64,000 bases of DNA, taken from assembly GCA_046484245.1 (NCBI GenBank), contig JAWOBN010000073.1, positions 27,757 to 91,756 of the forward strand. Reading direction: 5' to 3'. The notes beneath the pieces were generated by a model. The model did not search any database. It saw only the letters and a program-made list of their open reading frames with translations, and was not told the DNA's origin. Each line of letters starts with the position of its first letter. The first letter of the stretch is position 1. The translations under genes were made by a program, and so were the position numbers. Below, one piece after another: positions 31,816-41,556 of the stretch. The stretch is from a bacterium. GTDB taxonomy: Bacteria > Hydrothermota > 32-111.

Positions 31816-32264
31816 TAACAGAACAGATAATAAAGTATATTGATTATATCAGGCTTCATACAAGTGATATGGACCAGGTTTATACCAGGATAATGGATAT
31901 GGAGCATTTTGACAGGGAAAGTGAAGAAAGGATAATATCCCTGATGAAGCAGAATGAGAAGATCCTTTCAACAAATAACGGCAATAATGTGATATTCCCA
32001 AGATACTGTCTTGAAGACAGGGATAATTATTTCAGAATAATTATCGGAGTGAACAATCAGGTCTTTGAATATGCAGGCAAGACAGTCGGGATTATTGTCA
32101 TGATACTGTACAGTGAGGATAAAAGAGAGCTTTTTATTGATTCACTGGCATATCTCATACGGATATTCCAGCACAAATCACTTCCGGGTAAGCTTATTGA
32201 AATGGACAGTGAAAGTGAAATAGAGGAAATAATTGAAAAATTACTAAAGGAAATTGAAGATTAA
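31812..32264 (+). CDS. PTS EIIA(Ntr/Fru)-like domain protein lacking the phospho-His
   Basis: EKILSTNNGNNVIFPRY aligns with the EIIA pattern E...ST.IGNG.AIPH. Confidence 0.55.
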   Translation: MITEQIIKYIDYIRLHTSDMDQVYTRIMDMEHFDRESEERIISLMKQNEKILSTNNGNNVIFPRYCLEDRDNYFRIIIGVNNQVFEYAGKTVGIIVMILYSEDKRELFIDSLAYLIRIFQHKSLPGKLIEMDSESEIEEIIEKLLKEIED

Positions 32265-32724
32265 ATTAAAAAAACTGATTTACTGGATACCAACTGCTGT
32301 ATGGCTCATTTTTATGTTTATTGCCAGTTCGTTTACTGTTGACGAAACAAGCGGCAGGAATATATTCGGGATAATCGGGAGTTTTATCAGGCGTAATCTG
32401 TACAGGTTTGACAATGAGTTTCTCCATTTGATTGCCGGTAATACTGACAAGGTTTATCATTCAGCAGAGTATCTGGTATTCAGCATTTTGCTCTATCGTT
32501 CCCTGTCCGGTTCTTTTGATTATCCTGTCTCAAAAAACATTACAATTGCCGCATCATCTGTTATAACCATTGCCGCAATTGATGAGATGCATCAGATATT
32601 CATCAAATCGCGGTCATGCACACTGGGCGATTTCTTTGCTGACCTGATAGGCATGATGATAGTGTATATAATAATCGGTCTTATTAATATCAAACGGAGA
32701 AATAATGAATTACAGGCGCATTAA
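32254..32724 (+). CDS. VanZ family membrane protein
   Basis: DKVYHSAEY, DEMHQIFIKSR, D..ADLIG. Confidence 0.85.
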   Translation: MKIKLKKLIYWIPTAVWLIFMFIASSFTVDETSGRNIFGIIGSFIRRNLYRFDNEFLHLIAGNTDKVYHSAEYLVFSILLYRSLSGSFDYPVSKNITIAASSVITIAAIDEMHQIFIKSRSCTLGDFFADLIGMMIVYIIIGLINIKRRNNELQAH

Positions 32725-33973
32725 AGGCACAAACGACTATCTGCCCCAGCAGTCCATTCTGATAAAGAGTATTGACAGGGAGCTCTACACAATCTTTGAG
32801 TCATACGGATACAAATGGGAGATAACACCGGTACTGGAACCGTATGAATTATTCGTAAGAAGTATAGGGCAGTCCAGTGACATAGTAAGCAAAGAGATGT
32901 TTGTTATTGATTCGTCAAAGAGTAAAATTGCTCTCAAACCCGAGGAGACAGCACCACTATTCAGGAGTGTTATTGAGAATAATTATATATCAGACAGTTC
33001 AGTGAAGAAATTATGTTATATTACCCCGATATTCCGCCATGAAAGACCGCAGAAGGGCAGATACAGGGAATTCTATCAATACGGCATTGAAGCTATCAAC
33101 ACAGATTCCCCGAGAAGGGATGCTGAGATCATTGAGGTCGGCAGCAATATAATAAAGCATTTCCAAATAGAAAATATTGAGCTGAATATCAATTCAATAG
33201 GATGCAGAAAGTGCAGACCGTCATACAGGGAAGGCCTTGTGCAGTATCTCACAGGAGTGGAGAATAAATTGTGCGGCAATTGTTCCAAGAGGATAGGGTC
33301 CAATCCCCTCAGGGTATTTGACTGTAAAAACAGGAGCTGCATCAATGCTCTGGAGAAAGCCCCGAAGATAACGGATTATCTCTGTGAAACATGCTCAGAC
33401 CATTTTGAGGATGTGAAGAACGGACTGGATGAGAGGGATATAAAGTTCACGGTAAATCCGCGTATTGTGAGGGGGCTTGACTATTATTCCCGAACAGTAT
33501 TTGAATTCATTGAAAGGGGGGATAAACTCGGTGCCCAGTCAACTATCATAGCAGGCGGAAGATATGATTATCTCGGAGATGAAATAGCAGGCAGGGAGAT
33601 CAGGGCAGTCGGTTTTGCCGGAGGACTGGAAAGACTTGTTATGTCATTGCCTCCTCATGTCAGGGAGAAGATGCTTGCAGAGAAGAGAACGGATATTGTG
33701 ATTGCCTATTTTGACAAGAAAGCATTGAAATATGCAATGAAAACAGCGGATATGCTGAGGAAGAATAATATATCTGTTGAAATTGCCTATGAATTTGATA
33801 AAATAGGCAAGCAGATCAAATTTGCATCCAGAATAGATGCAAGATATGTTATGGTCATTGGAGATAATGAAGTAGATACAAATCAGGTGACATTGAAGCA
33901 TCTGGATTCCGGCAGGCAGCAGACAATTGAAAACAGTATTGAAGCAATAAAAGAGGTTATAAATGGAGAATGA
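32705..33973 (+). CDS. hisS: Histidine--tRNA ligase
   Basis: IKGTND, LKPEETA, FRHERPQKGRYREFYQ, VRGLDYY, GGRYD, GLERL. Confidence 0.97.
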   Translation: MNYRRIKGTNDYLPQQSILIKSIDRELYTIFESYGYKWEITPVLEPYELFVRSIGQSSDIVSKEMFVIDSSKSKIALKPEETAPLFRSVIENNYISDSSVKKLCYITPIFRHERPQKGRYREFYQYGIEAINTDSPRRDAEIIEVGSNIIKHFQIENIELNINSIGCRKCRPSYREGLVQYLTGVENKLCGNCSKRIGSNPLRVFDCKNRSCINALEKAPKITDYLCETCSDHFEDVKNGLDERDIKFTVNPRIVRGLDYYSRTVFEFIERGDKLGAQSTIIAGGRYDYLGDEIAGREIRAVGFAGGLERLVMSLPPHVREKMLAEKRTDIVIAYFDKKALKYAMKTADMLRKNNISVEIAYEFDKIGKQIKFASRIDARYVMVIGDNEVDTNQVTLKHLDSGRQQTIENSIEAIKEVINGE

Positions 33974-35702
33974 TTACAAGACAGCAATGAGGACAATTCT
34001 ATGCGGGCATGCGGATTCTGCAATGGAAGGCAGCACTGTAAGTGTCTGCGGATGGGTCAATAAGACACGCGATCACGGCAATCTCATATTTATTGATGTG
34101 AGAGACAGGAGCGGCATTGTCCAGGTATTCTCCAATGACAAGTCCATTGCAAGCCTGCTCTCTGAGCTCAGGCTTGAGGATGTTGTGCAGATAACAGGCA
34201 CAGTGAGGAAGAGACCGGATGAAATGATAAACAGGGAGATACCGACAGGCTCTATAGAGATTGAATGCAGCAACCTCAAGGTGCTTGCCAAAAGCAGTGT
34301 ACCGCCCTTTGTTGTTGAGGATGATGTCAAGGCATCTGAGAACCTGAGGCTTAAATACAGATATCTTGACCTGAGAAGGCCTACAATGCAGGAAATACTG
34401 AAGAAACGCAGTGACACATACAGGGCAATGAGAAACTATCTGACGGATAAGGGTTTCATGGAAATTGAAACACCTGTTATGTCCAGAAGCACACCCGAGG
34501 GTGCGCGTGACTATATAGTGCCTTCAAGGGTTCACCCGGGTAAATTCTATGCACTGGTGCAGTCCCCCCAGCTGTATAAACAGCTTCTTATGGTCTCGGG
34601 CATAGACAGGTATTTCCAGTTTGCACGGTGTTTCCGTGATGAGGATCTCAGAGCAGACAGGCAGCCGGAACATACACAGATTGACATGGAGATGAGTTTT
34701 GTTGAGAGGGAAGACATATTCCGCATTGTTGAAGGATTAATGAAACACACATTCAGCAGTGTAATTGACACTGAGCTGAAAATCCCTTTCCCTGTAATGA
34801 GTTACCGGGAGGCAATGGATAGATTCGGAACAGATAAACCGGATTTGAGGTTTTCACTTGAACTGATTGACATAACTCCAAAGGCGCGCGCATCAGATTC
34901 CAATATACTGAAGGACAATGAATATACCGGAGGTATATTTGTCACTGAGTCCCTGTCACGCAAAGAGATAGACCGGTTAACTGATTTCATAAAATCTGCA
35001 GGTGCTGCGGGTCTGGGTTATATCAAAGTGAAAGAGGACAAGAACAGCGGTCCGTTTGCAAAATTCCTTGAAGTGGATGATATCTTCAATTCACAGGAAG
35101 GTGTATTCTTTATTATGTCCGGCAAGAAACGGAGGACTCAGGAGTATCTCGGGATGCTGAGAAACAGGATTGCTGCAATGAAAGATATACGCCGGAACAA
35201 TGATTTTAATTTTCTCTGGGTAACGGATTTCCCGTTATTTGATTGGGATGAGGAAGAAGAGAGATATGAACCGTTTCATCATCTCTTCACAATGCCGTCC
35301 AAACAGTTTATAGGGAGGATTGCAGAAAATCCCCTGGAAGTGACAGGGGAACTGTATGATCTTGTCTGTAATGGAGTGGAACTTGCTTCGGGAAGTATAA
35401 GGATACATGAATACGAGATCCAGAAAGAGGTTATGGAGATAATCGGTATAGGAGAGGAAGAACTGGAAAGTAAATTCGGTTTCCTGATGGAAGCATTCAA
35501 ATACGGCGCGCCCCCGCACGGAGGTATTGCGCCCGGTCTTGACAGGCTTATTATGACTATGATGGGACTGGACAATATACGCGATACAATAGCTTTCCCC
35601 AAGACCCTTAATGCAGTGGGATTGATGGAGGAATGCCCTTCCTCTGTTGACAGGAAACAGACCGATGAACTGCATATAATCGTCAAAGAGGATAAGAAAT
35701 GA
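33963..35702 (+). CDS. aspS: Aspartate--tRNA ligase
   Basis: RLKYRYLDLRR, STPEGARDY, QSPQLYKQ, FRDEDLRADRQPE, GAPPHGGIAPGLDR. Confidence 0.97.
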   Translation: MENDYKTAMRTILCGHADSAMEGSTVSVCGWVNKTRDHGNLIFIDVRDRSGIVQVFSNDKSIASLLSELRLEDVVQITGTVRKRPDEMINREIPTGSIEIECSNLKVLAKSSVPPFVVEDDVKASENLRLKYRYLDLRRPTMQEILKKRSDTYRAMRNYLTDKGFMEIETPVMSRSTPEGARDYIVPSRVHPGKFYALVQSPQLYKQLLMVSGIDRYFQFARCFRDEDLRADRQPEHTQIDMEMSFVEREDIFRIVEGLMKHTFSSVIDTELKIPFPVMSYREAMDRFGTDKPDLRFSLELIDITPKARASDSNILKDNEYTGGIFVTESLSRKEIDRLTDFIKSAGAAGLGYIKVKEDKNSGPFAKFLEVDDIFNSQEGVFFIMSGKKRRTQEYLGMLRNRIAAMKDIRRNNDFNFLWVTDFPLFDWDEEEERYEPFHHLFTMPSKQFIGRIAENPLEVTGELYDLVCNGVELASGSIRIHEYEIQKEVMEIIGIGEEELESKFGFLMEAFKYGAPPHGGIAPGLDRLIMTMMGLDNIRDTIAFPKTLNAVGLMEECPSSVDRKQTDELHIIVKEDKK

Positions 35703-36178
35703 ATATGAGATATTACCCTGACCCTGCTCTGAGGATAAAGTCCTCAAGTATTGAAAGCATAGACAAATATATCAGAAGAGTAATAAGGGAGATGAAGGAT
35801 ACAATGATTCTTGAAGAAGGTATAGGGCTTGCAGCCAATCAGGTGGGGATTACAAAGCGTATTATTATAGTGGATTTCCTGGACAAAAAAGAGGCGCTTA
35901 TCAATCCCCGGATAATTGAACATTCTGCTGAGAAGGAGAAAGGAATGGAGGGATGTCTCTCATTCCCGGGTCTTCAGGTAAATATTGAGAGACATAAATC
36001 ATTGACTATCAGTTATATCAATGAAGATGGCATGGAAGAGACAAGGGAATTACAGGGTCTCAATGCTATCGCCATTCAGCATGAGATTGACCATTTGAAC
36101 GGGAAGCTGATCATTGACTATATGGCCCCGCGCGAGAGGCTTGAATATAATCTTAGAGTAAATTCAAAGGAGTTATGA
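35699..36178 (+). CDS. def: Peptide deformylase
   Basis: GIGLAANQ, EGCLS, QHEIDHLNG. Confidence 0.96.
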   Translation: MNMRYYPDPALRIKSSSIESIDKYIRRVIREMKDTMILEEGIGLAANQVGITKRIIIVDFLDKKEALINPRIIEHSAEKEKGMEGCLSFPGLQVNIERHKSLTISYINEDGMEETRELQGLNAIAIQHEIDHLNGKLIIDYMAPRERLEYNLRVNSKEL

Positions 36179-36594
36179 TGATGGAAGTGCAATTACTCAA
36201 AGACATGACATTTATCGGTAAATCAGCAACAGGGCATTCTGTTGTTATGGATACCAGTGAGAAATCAGGCGGCAATCAGTCAGCACCCACCCCCATGGAG
36301 ATGGTGCTTTTCGGTCTGGGGGGATGCACGGGCATGGATGTCATCTCAATACTGAGAAAGATGAGACAGGATGTGACGGGCTTCAGAATTGAGATTGAAA
36401 AGAAGAATGCTGATGAGCATCCCAAGGTCTATACGGAGATCAATATGAAATACATCTTCTCGGGCAGACAGCTGGATGAAAAGAAAATCGCCAGGGCAAT
36501 AGAACTCTCACAGGACAGATATTGTTCAGTGTCAGCAATGCTCGGTAAGACAGCATCCATAAGCCACACTTATGAAATAGAAGAGGAACAATAA
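36175..36594 (+). CDS. OsmC/YhfA family protein
   Basis: PTPMEMVL.GLGGCTGMDV...RYCSVS. Confidence 0.9.
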   Translation: MMMEVQLLKDMTFIGKSATGHSVVMDTSEKSGGNQSAPTPMEMVLFGLGGCTGMDVISILRKMRQDVTGFRIEIEKKNADEHPKVYTEINMKYIFSGRQLDEKKIARAIELSQDRYCSVSAMLGKTASISHTYEIEEEQ

Positions 36595-38231
36595 TGAATA
36601 GAATCCTTTTGATTTGCCTTATCACACTCACTGCTCTCACACTGTACAGTGAGGAGAATTATAACCAGGGTTTGAAATACTATGAGAATAATGATTTCTC
36701 CAGAGCCCGGGCATATTTCAAAAAATACCTTGAGGAGAATCCTGCAGGTGAATTGAGAAAAGAGGCTATGCTCAAGATATACCAGTCATATTCCTTCAGC
36801 AAAGAGGAGGAAAAGACAGCCATAGCTGAGATGATATCCCAGATATATCCATTTGAGAAAGAAACCGAGTTTATGCGCATAGAGATGGCAAATCATTATA
36901 TCAATGATGATGAATATTTTGAAGCTGCAAAATGGCTCATGGAAATAGTGCTTTTCTCGGACAAGGGGTCAAAGGCGAGGAATACTGCTGTTGAGAGGAT
37001 CAAGAGATATATAAGCACCAGACTGGAACCCAGAGAGATTGAATTTCTGCTCTATAATTATCCTTCAAAATCCTTTGCCCCCCTGATGCTTTTCAGGCTT
37101 TTCGGCATATATCATGAAGAGGGTGAATATGAAAAGTCGGAATTCTTCAGGAAAAAGCTGATTCTGGATTATCCTGATTCCTATTACACAAAGAATTTTA
37201 TTCTTGAACTTGAAAACACACCTCAGGCAAGAAACAAGATTGCAATACTTCTCCCCCAGACAGGAGACCTCTCACCTTACGGGGAATCTGTAAGAAAGGG
37301 CATTGTCATAGCATCATCAGAGGAGGATGTTGATTTTGTATTGTTCAATACAATGTCCAATGCGGTTACTGTTACAAAATTGATTGACTCAATATATAAT
37401 GACGGCAGTTTTACCGCAGTTATAGGCCCGATCGGGTCCTCTGAGGCAATTGCTGCAGGTGCATATCTCTATGACAGTAAAAGCATACCGGTTCTTCCCC
37501 CCATTGTCACTGACGGAGACCTCCTGGCATTCAGTGAGGATCTTTTCCTTGTCAATAAGACACTGATTGAACAGGCAAAATTCACTGTGGATTTTATCAG
37601 TAAGACGGATACAGTGAAGACCGCAGGTATTATATATCCTGATAATTCATACGGTAAGACACTGGCTGATGCATTCATTGAGGGAGTGGAGAAAACAGAT
37701 ATTGAATTGATGTTTGATTTTTCTTATATACCGGGAACCTCGGATTTCACGGACAGGCTCACATCAGTGAAGGAGATGAATGTGGATGTCATCTATCTCC
37801 CTGTATCTGCAGAGGATGCTATACTTCTCTCCACACAGATTGCATATAATGATATTGAAGCGAGAATAATAGGTTCAGACACATGGTACAGTGATGATCT
37901 GATGCGTCTTGCAAGGGACTATATTGAAGAGGCAATTGTCATAAAACCGAAGGAAATAGACCGTTATTCGGATGAATATGTTAATTTCAAGTTGAAATTC
38001 ATGAAGAAGTACAACAGGGAGCCTGACAGATATTCAATGCTGGGATATGATACTTTCAAAATGCTTGCAAGAATCATACGTCTGGGCTATAATAACAGAA
38101 ACAAGATAAACAGATATCTGAAAAGCATGGATTATTACAATGGTGTCTCCGGTCAGATAACCTTTACTGGAAACCGTGAAGAATTTGATGTGTATCAGAT
38201 AATAGATTCAGAGTTCAAAAAGAGGAGATAA
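36594..38231 (+). CDS. TPR plus periplasmic-binding-protein-fold protein (LpoA/LppC-like)
   Basis: Signal peptide; N-terminal TPR; KIAILLPQTG...GPIGS...LGYDT...GVSGQITF. Confidence 0.75.
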   Translation: MNRILLICLITLTALTLYSEENYNQGLKYYENNDFSRARAYFKKYLEENPAGELRKEAMLKIYQSYSFSKEEEKTAIAEMISQIYPFEKETEFMRIEMANHYINDDEYFEAAKWLMEIVLFSDKGSKARNTAVERIKRYISTRLEPREIEFLLYNYPSKSFAPLMLFRLFGIYHEEGEYEKSEFFRKKLILDYPDSYYTKNFILELENTPQARNKIAILLPQTGDLSPYGESVRKGIVIASSEEDVDFVLFNTMSNAVTVTKLIDSIYNDGSFTAVIGPIGSSEAIAAGAYLYDSKSIPVLPPIVTDGDLLAFSEDLFLVNKTLIEQAKFTVDFISKTDTVKTAGIIYPDNSYGKTLADAFIEGVEKTDIELMFDFSYIPGTSDFTDRLTSVKEMNVDVIYLPVSAEDAILLSTQIAYNDIEARIIGSDTWYSDDLMRLARDYIEEAIVIKPKEIDRYSDEYVNFKLKFMKKYNREPDRYSMLGYDTFKMLARIIRLGYNNRNKINRYLKSMDYYNGVSGQITFTGNREEFDVYQIIDSEFKKRR

Positions 38232-38234
38232 TTA

Positions 38235-38438
38235 ATGAGTAAAGAGAGAAAACAGTCAACAGATAATAAGGATTTTCCCACAAAGTTTTCCAAAAAAAGT
38301 CTCATAGTTCTTGCTGCTGCTCTTTTCACAATAGTACTGGGATTTATTCTTATGAGCACAGGTGAAATAGTTGTATCCCCGCTTCTTCTTGTCATAGGGT
38401 ATATGGTGCTCGTGCCTGTAGCATTATTGAAAAAATGA
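38235..38438 (+). CDS. Small two-TM membrane protein (DUF3098-like)
   Basis: IVLGFILM...VSPLLLVIGY.VLVPVAL. Confidence 0.65.
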   Translation: MSKERKQSTDNKDFPTKFSKKSLIVLAAALFTIVLGFILMSTGEIVVSPLLLVIGYMVLVPVALLKK

Positions 38439-40504
38439 AGAAAATAATTCTGATAGCTGCAATTATCCTGCTGTTCTCTTCCATTAATGCGGAAGTATTG
38501 ACGGATAATTACAAGCAGGCAGTTGAACTGGAGAATACCGCTTTCTCAAGAATTTCCGGTTTCGGAGATATCCTCAGAGGAGAGGGGTATCTGCCTGATA
38601 TGGATTTTGATTTTGTAATAAGCTATTACAGGGATTCTCTTATAGGATTTACGGATAATCCGTTCCACTCTGCTGCATACGGTATTGCTCACTATTACAA
38701 GAATAATGAGGATTCTGCCCAATATTATTTTGAGGAGGCAAGGGAAAGAGCGGGCCTTAATCCTGCTGTTCAGTTGAGATTATTCCAGTTATTTGTACTG
38801 CATGATATTGATTATGCTGTTGACAGCCAGCTTGATGAACTGATTACACTCAAGTACAGAATCGGCGCTGTCTCCATTCCTGAAGCAGGGGAATACCTGA
38901 ATTATACTGCTGTTGATAAATTCAAGAACAATGAAGATGCTGCTGTGATTGAGAATATACTCATCAGTGCAAACAGGGTTGATCCCTATAATCCCGAGAT
39001 TATAATGAATCTCCTCAAGGTGTCACTGTTGAAACTCAGACCCGGGAATTTCTATATTATTATCAAAATGATAAGCAATTCACTGCATGATATTTTCAAT
39101 AAATTTGTTTTGCTCCATAATATTCTGGTATTTGTCAGATATGCGTCACTGGCAGTATTCCTCATACTCACACTTCTGCTCTTTATCAAGAATATAAAGA
39201 AGATGTTTTTCGCAATCAGGAATAATCTGTCCGGCAGACTGACAGGTTTCCAGAAAACACTGATTGTGCTCTTCATAATCGCACTGCCTCTCATACTTGA
39301 ATTACATCCCCTTATCTGGATATTTTATATATCTGTGATCAATTTCTTCTTCATAAGAAGAAGAGAAAAGATACTCATAGGCATATTAATGCTGATCATT
39401 ATTATGATGCCTCTGTTCTTCTATGTTGAGAATCATGTAGTAAGCAAAATGACACCCTCGGACAATCTGTCCGTTATTGTGAAAGCCAATTATTCGGGAT
39501 GGAATAAGGACCTGGTGGAGAAAATAGATGGATTGATTGAGGAGCAGCCGCTGAACAACGGATTGTTCTTTGCAAAAGCCATGCTGTATAAGAAAGGCGG
39601 ATATTTCACAGAGGCTGAAGAGGAATACAATAAAATACTTCTGACAGGCGAATCCAATGCCCAGTTATACAATAATCTGGGGAATGTACTGTATTTGAAA
39701 GGACTGCAGTCAAAGGCAGAGGAGTATTACAGGAAAGCCATAGAGATCTCCGATAAACTTCCCGAACCCTATTTTAATCTTGCGCAGATATATATTAACA
39801 GGATGAAACTCACTGAGTCGGACAATTTCATGGATATGGCTGCTGCAATTGATAATGAAAAGATAAGCCGTTTTATAGATAATTCTGCTGAGGGTTATTT
39901 CAATACTGAGGTAATGGACTGCAATATACCGGAAGCATATCTGTGGAATGAATTCTACAAGAGAAGTGAATTGAGCAATGAACCTGTAATAATGGGTCTG
40001 AAGATCAATATCCTTGTCATGATAGCCGGTATTGCACTGCTGCTGTCAGGGATTCTCGGTTCTATGATAAAACATCATATGCGTATAATGAAATGTTTTA
40101 CATGCGGAACATACATATATCCTGTTGATTCAAGGGAGTACAATGAGCAGAGGGTATGCAGCAAATGCTTCAAGATGCTTGATTCCACTGTGTCTGATTC
40201 ACTGAGAGCAAGAAAATACGAGAGTCTCATAAGACTCAAAGAGAGGAGTTTTGCAAGAATAACCCGCATTATGAGTTTCATATTCCCGGGAGGCGGCAAG
40301 CTACATCAGGAGAGGTTGTTCAAGGGTATGATGTTCATAATCCTGACAGTATTTGCCATACTGCTTATTTTTGCGGATAGTATCTTTATTGTGAGGAATC
40401 CGCATATCAATTATACTGTTGATTTCAATAATGACATGATACTGATAATTATTGCGGGTTTGCTCTATATCATTAATCTCGCTGTAACAAGGAATAGGCA
40501 ATGA
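38435..40504 (+). CDS. Polytopic membrane TPR protein with a CxxC...CxxC motif
   Basis: Signal peptide; TM blocks; YNNLGNV, YFNLAQ TPRs; CFTCG...CSKC. Confidence 0.75.
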   Translation: MKKIILIAAIILLFSSINAEVLTDNYKQAVELENTAFSRISGFGDILRGEGYLPDMDFDFVISYYRDSLIGFTDNPFHSAAYGIAHYYKNNEDSAQYYFEEARERAGLNPAVQLRLFQLFVLHDIDYAVDSQLDELITLKYRIGAVSIPEAGEYLNYTAVDKFKNNEDAAVIENILISANRVDPYNPEIIMNLLKVSLLKLRPGNFYIIIKMISNSLHDIFNKFVLLHNILVFVRYASLAVFLILTLLLFIKNIKKMFFAIRNNLSGRLTGFQKTLIVLFIIALPLILELHPLIWIFYISVINFFFIRRREKILIGILMLIIIMMPLFFYVENHVVSKMTPSDNLSVIVKANYSGWNKDLVEKIDGLIEEQPLNNGLFFAKAMLYKKGGYFTEAEEEYNKILLTGESNAQLYNNLGNVLYLKGLQSKAEEYYRKAIEISDKLPEPYFNLAQIYINRMKLTESDNFMDMAAAIDNEKISRFIDNSAEGYFNTEVMDCNIPEAYLWNEFYKRSELSNEPVIMGLKINILVMIAGIALLLSGILGSMIKHHMRIMKCFTCGTYIYPVDSREYNEQRVCSKCFKMLDSTVSDSLRARKYESLIRLKERSFARITRIMSFIFPGGGKLHQERLFKGMMFIILTVFAILLIFADSIFIVRNPHINYTVDFNNDMILIIIAGLLYIINLAVTRNRQ

Positions 40505-41556
40505 AGGGTAATATAAAGAATAGAGAAGACATTCCGAATATTCTCGGATTCATCAATCAGACAGACAAGACAGGTGTCCTTACACTGGTCAATAAAGGGG
40601 AACAGATAGAGATCGGCTTTATCAAGGGTAATGTCAATGCTGCTGTTCATAAGAGATCAGGTGTGCAGGAGCTCATAAAGGAATATCTTGTAAATAGCGG
40701 AAAGATATCAAAGGATGCATTTGAGAGGATAAAGGGCCTGCACAAGGATACCAGAAAACCCTATGAAGAGATACTGATTGACGAAAAATTCATTACAGAG
40801 AAGGAATGGAAGGATATCATTCATTTCAAGATACAGGAGATAATGGATGAGCTCTTTAATTGGGACAGCGGGTCATATGAATTCCTGGAAGATATTATCA
40901 TGTATGAGAATTCCAGTGTCAAGATATCCATCAATACCCAGGGTCTTATTATGGAGGGGATGAGGCGCATAGATGAATGGCCTCAGATAAGGACAGCCCT
41001 GCCGTCCGACTCTCTTGTATTCGCAATGGCTGAAGACAAGGAAATACCCGACAACATTGGAGCAGAGGAGAAGAGACTCATAGAGATAATTGACGGGTCA
41101 AAGGATTTGAAGACACTGGCTGAGATCTCGGGACTGGGCAAATTCCTCACCTATCAGGCAGTTCACAATCTCAAGAAAATGGGTCTCATTAAAACAATCA
41201 AGAGGAAGAGAAGACCTGCAAAACACAAACCGAGAAAGAAGGTCACTGTCAACAAATATCTTGTATTCTCATGGATAGCAATACTGATTGTTATTATTCT
41301 TACAGGATATGCAGGCAGACTGGCATTCCCCTATACCAGTTCCTTTACAGGATCACAGAGTATCGGCAACAGGGCATATGACTCATACAATATGCAGACA
41401 ATCAATTATGTACTTAGAATATTCTATCTCAAAAACAGTTATTATCCGGAGTCACTGGAAATCCTGGCTGAAGACGGATGGATACCTCAAAACATTATAT
41501 CCCGCTATATATACTTCAGAAACAAGGATGATTACACACTCAAGGTGAAGAATTAA
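40501..41556 (+). CDS. DUF4388-domain membrane-anchored protein
   Basis: MKGNI....IP.IL.FI....KTGVL, LFNWDSGSYEF, LIMEGMRRIDEW; one TM near the C-terminus. Confidence 0.85.
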   Translation: MKGNIKNREDIPNILGFINQTDKTGVLTLVNKGEQIEIGFIKGNVNAAVHKRSGVQELIKEYLVNSGKISKDAFERIKGLHKDTRKPYEEILIDEKFITEKEWKDIIHFKIQEIMDELFNWDSGSYEFLEDIIMYENSSVKISINTQGLIMEGMRRIDEWPQIRTALPSDSLVFAMAEDKEIPDNIGAEEKRLIEIIDGSKDLKTLAEISGLGKFLTYQAVHNLKKMGLIKTIKRKRRPAKHKPRKKVTVNKYLVFSWIAILIVIILTGYAGRLAFPYTSSFTGSQSIGNRAYDSYNMQTINYVLRIFYLKNSYYPESLEILAEDGWIPQNIISRYIYFRNKDDYTLKVKN

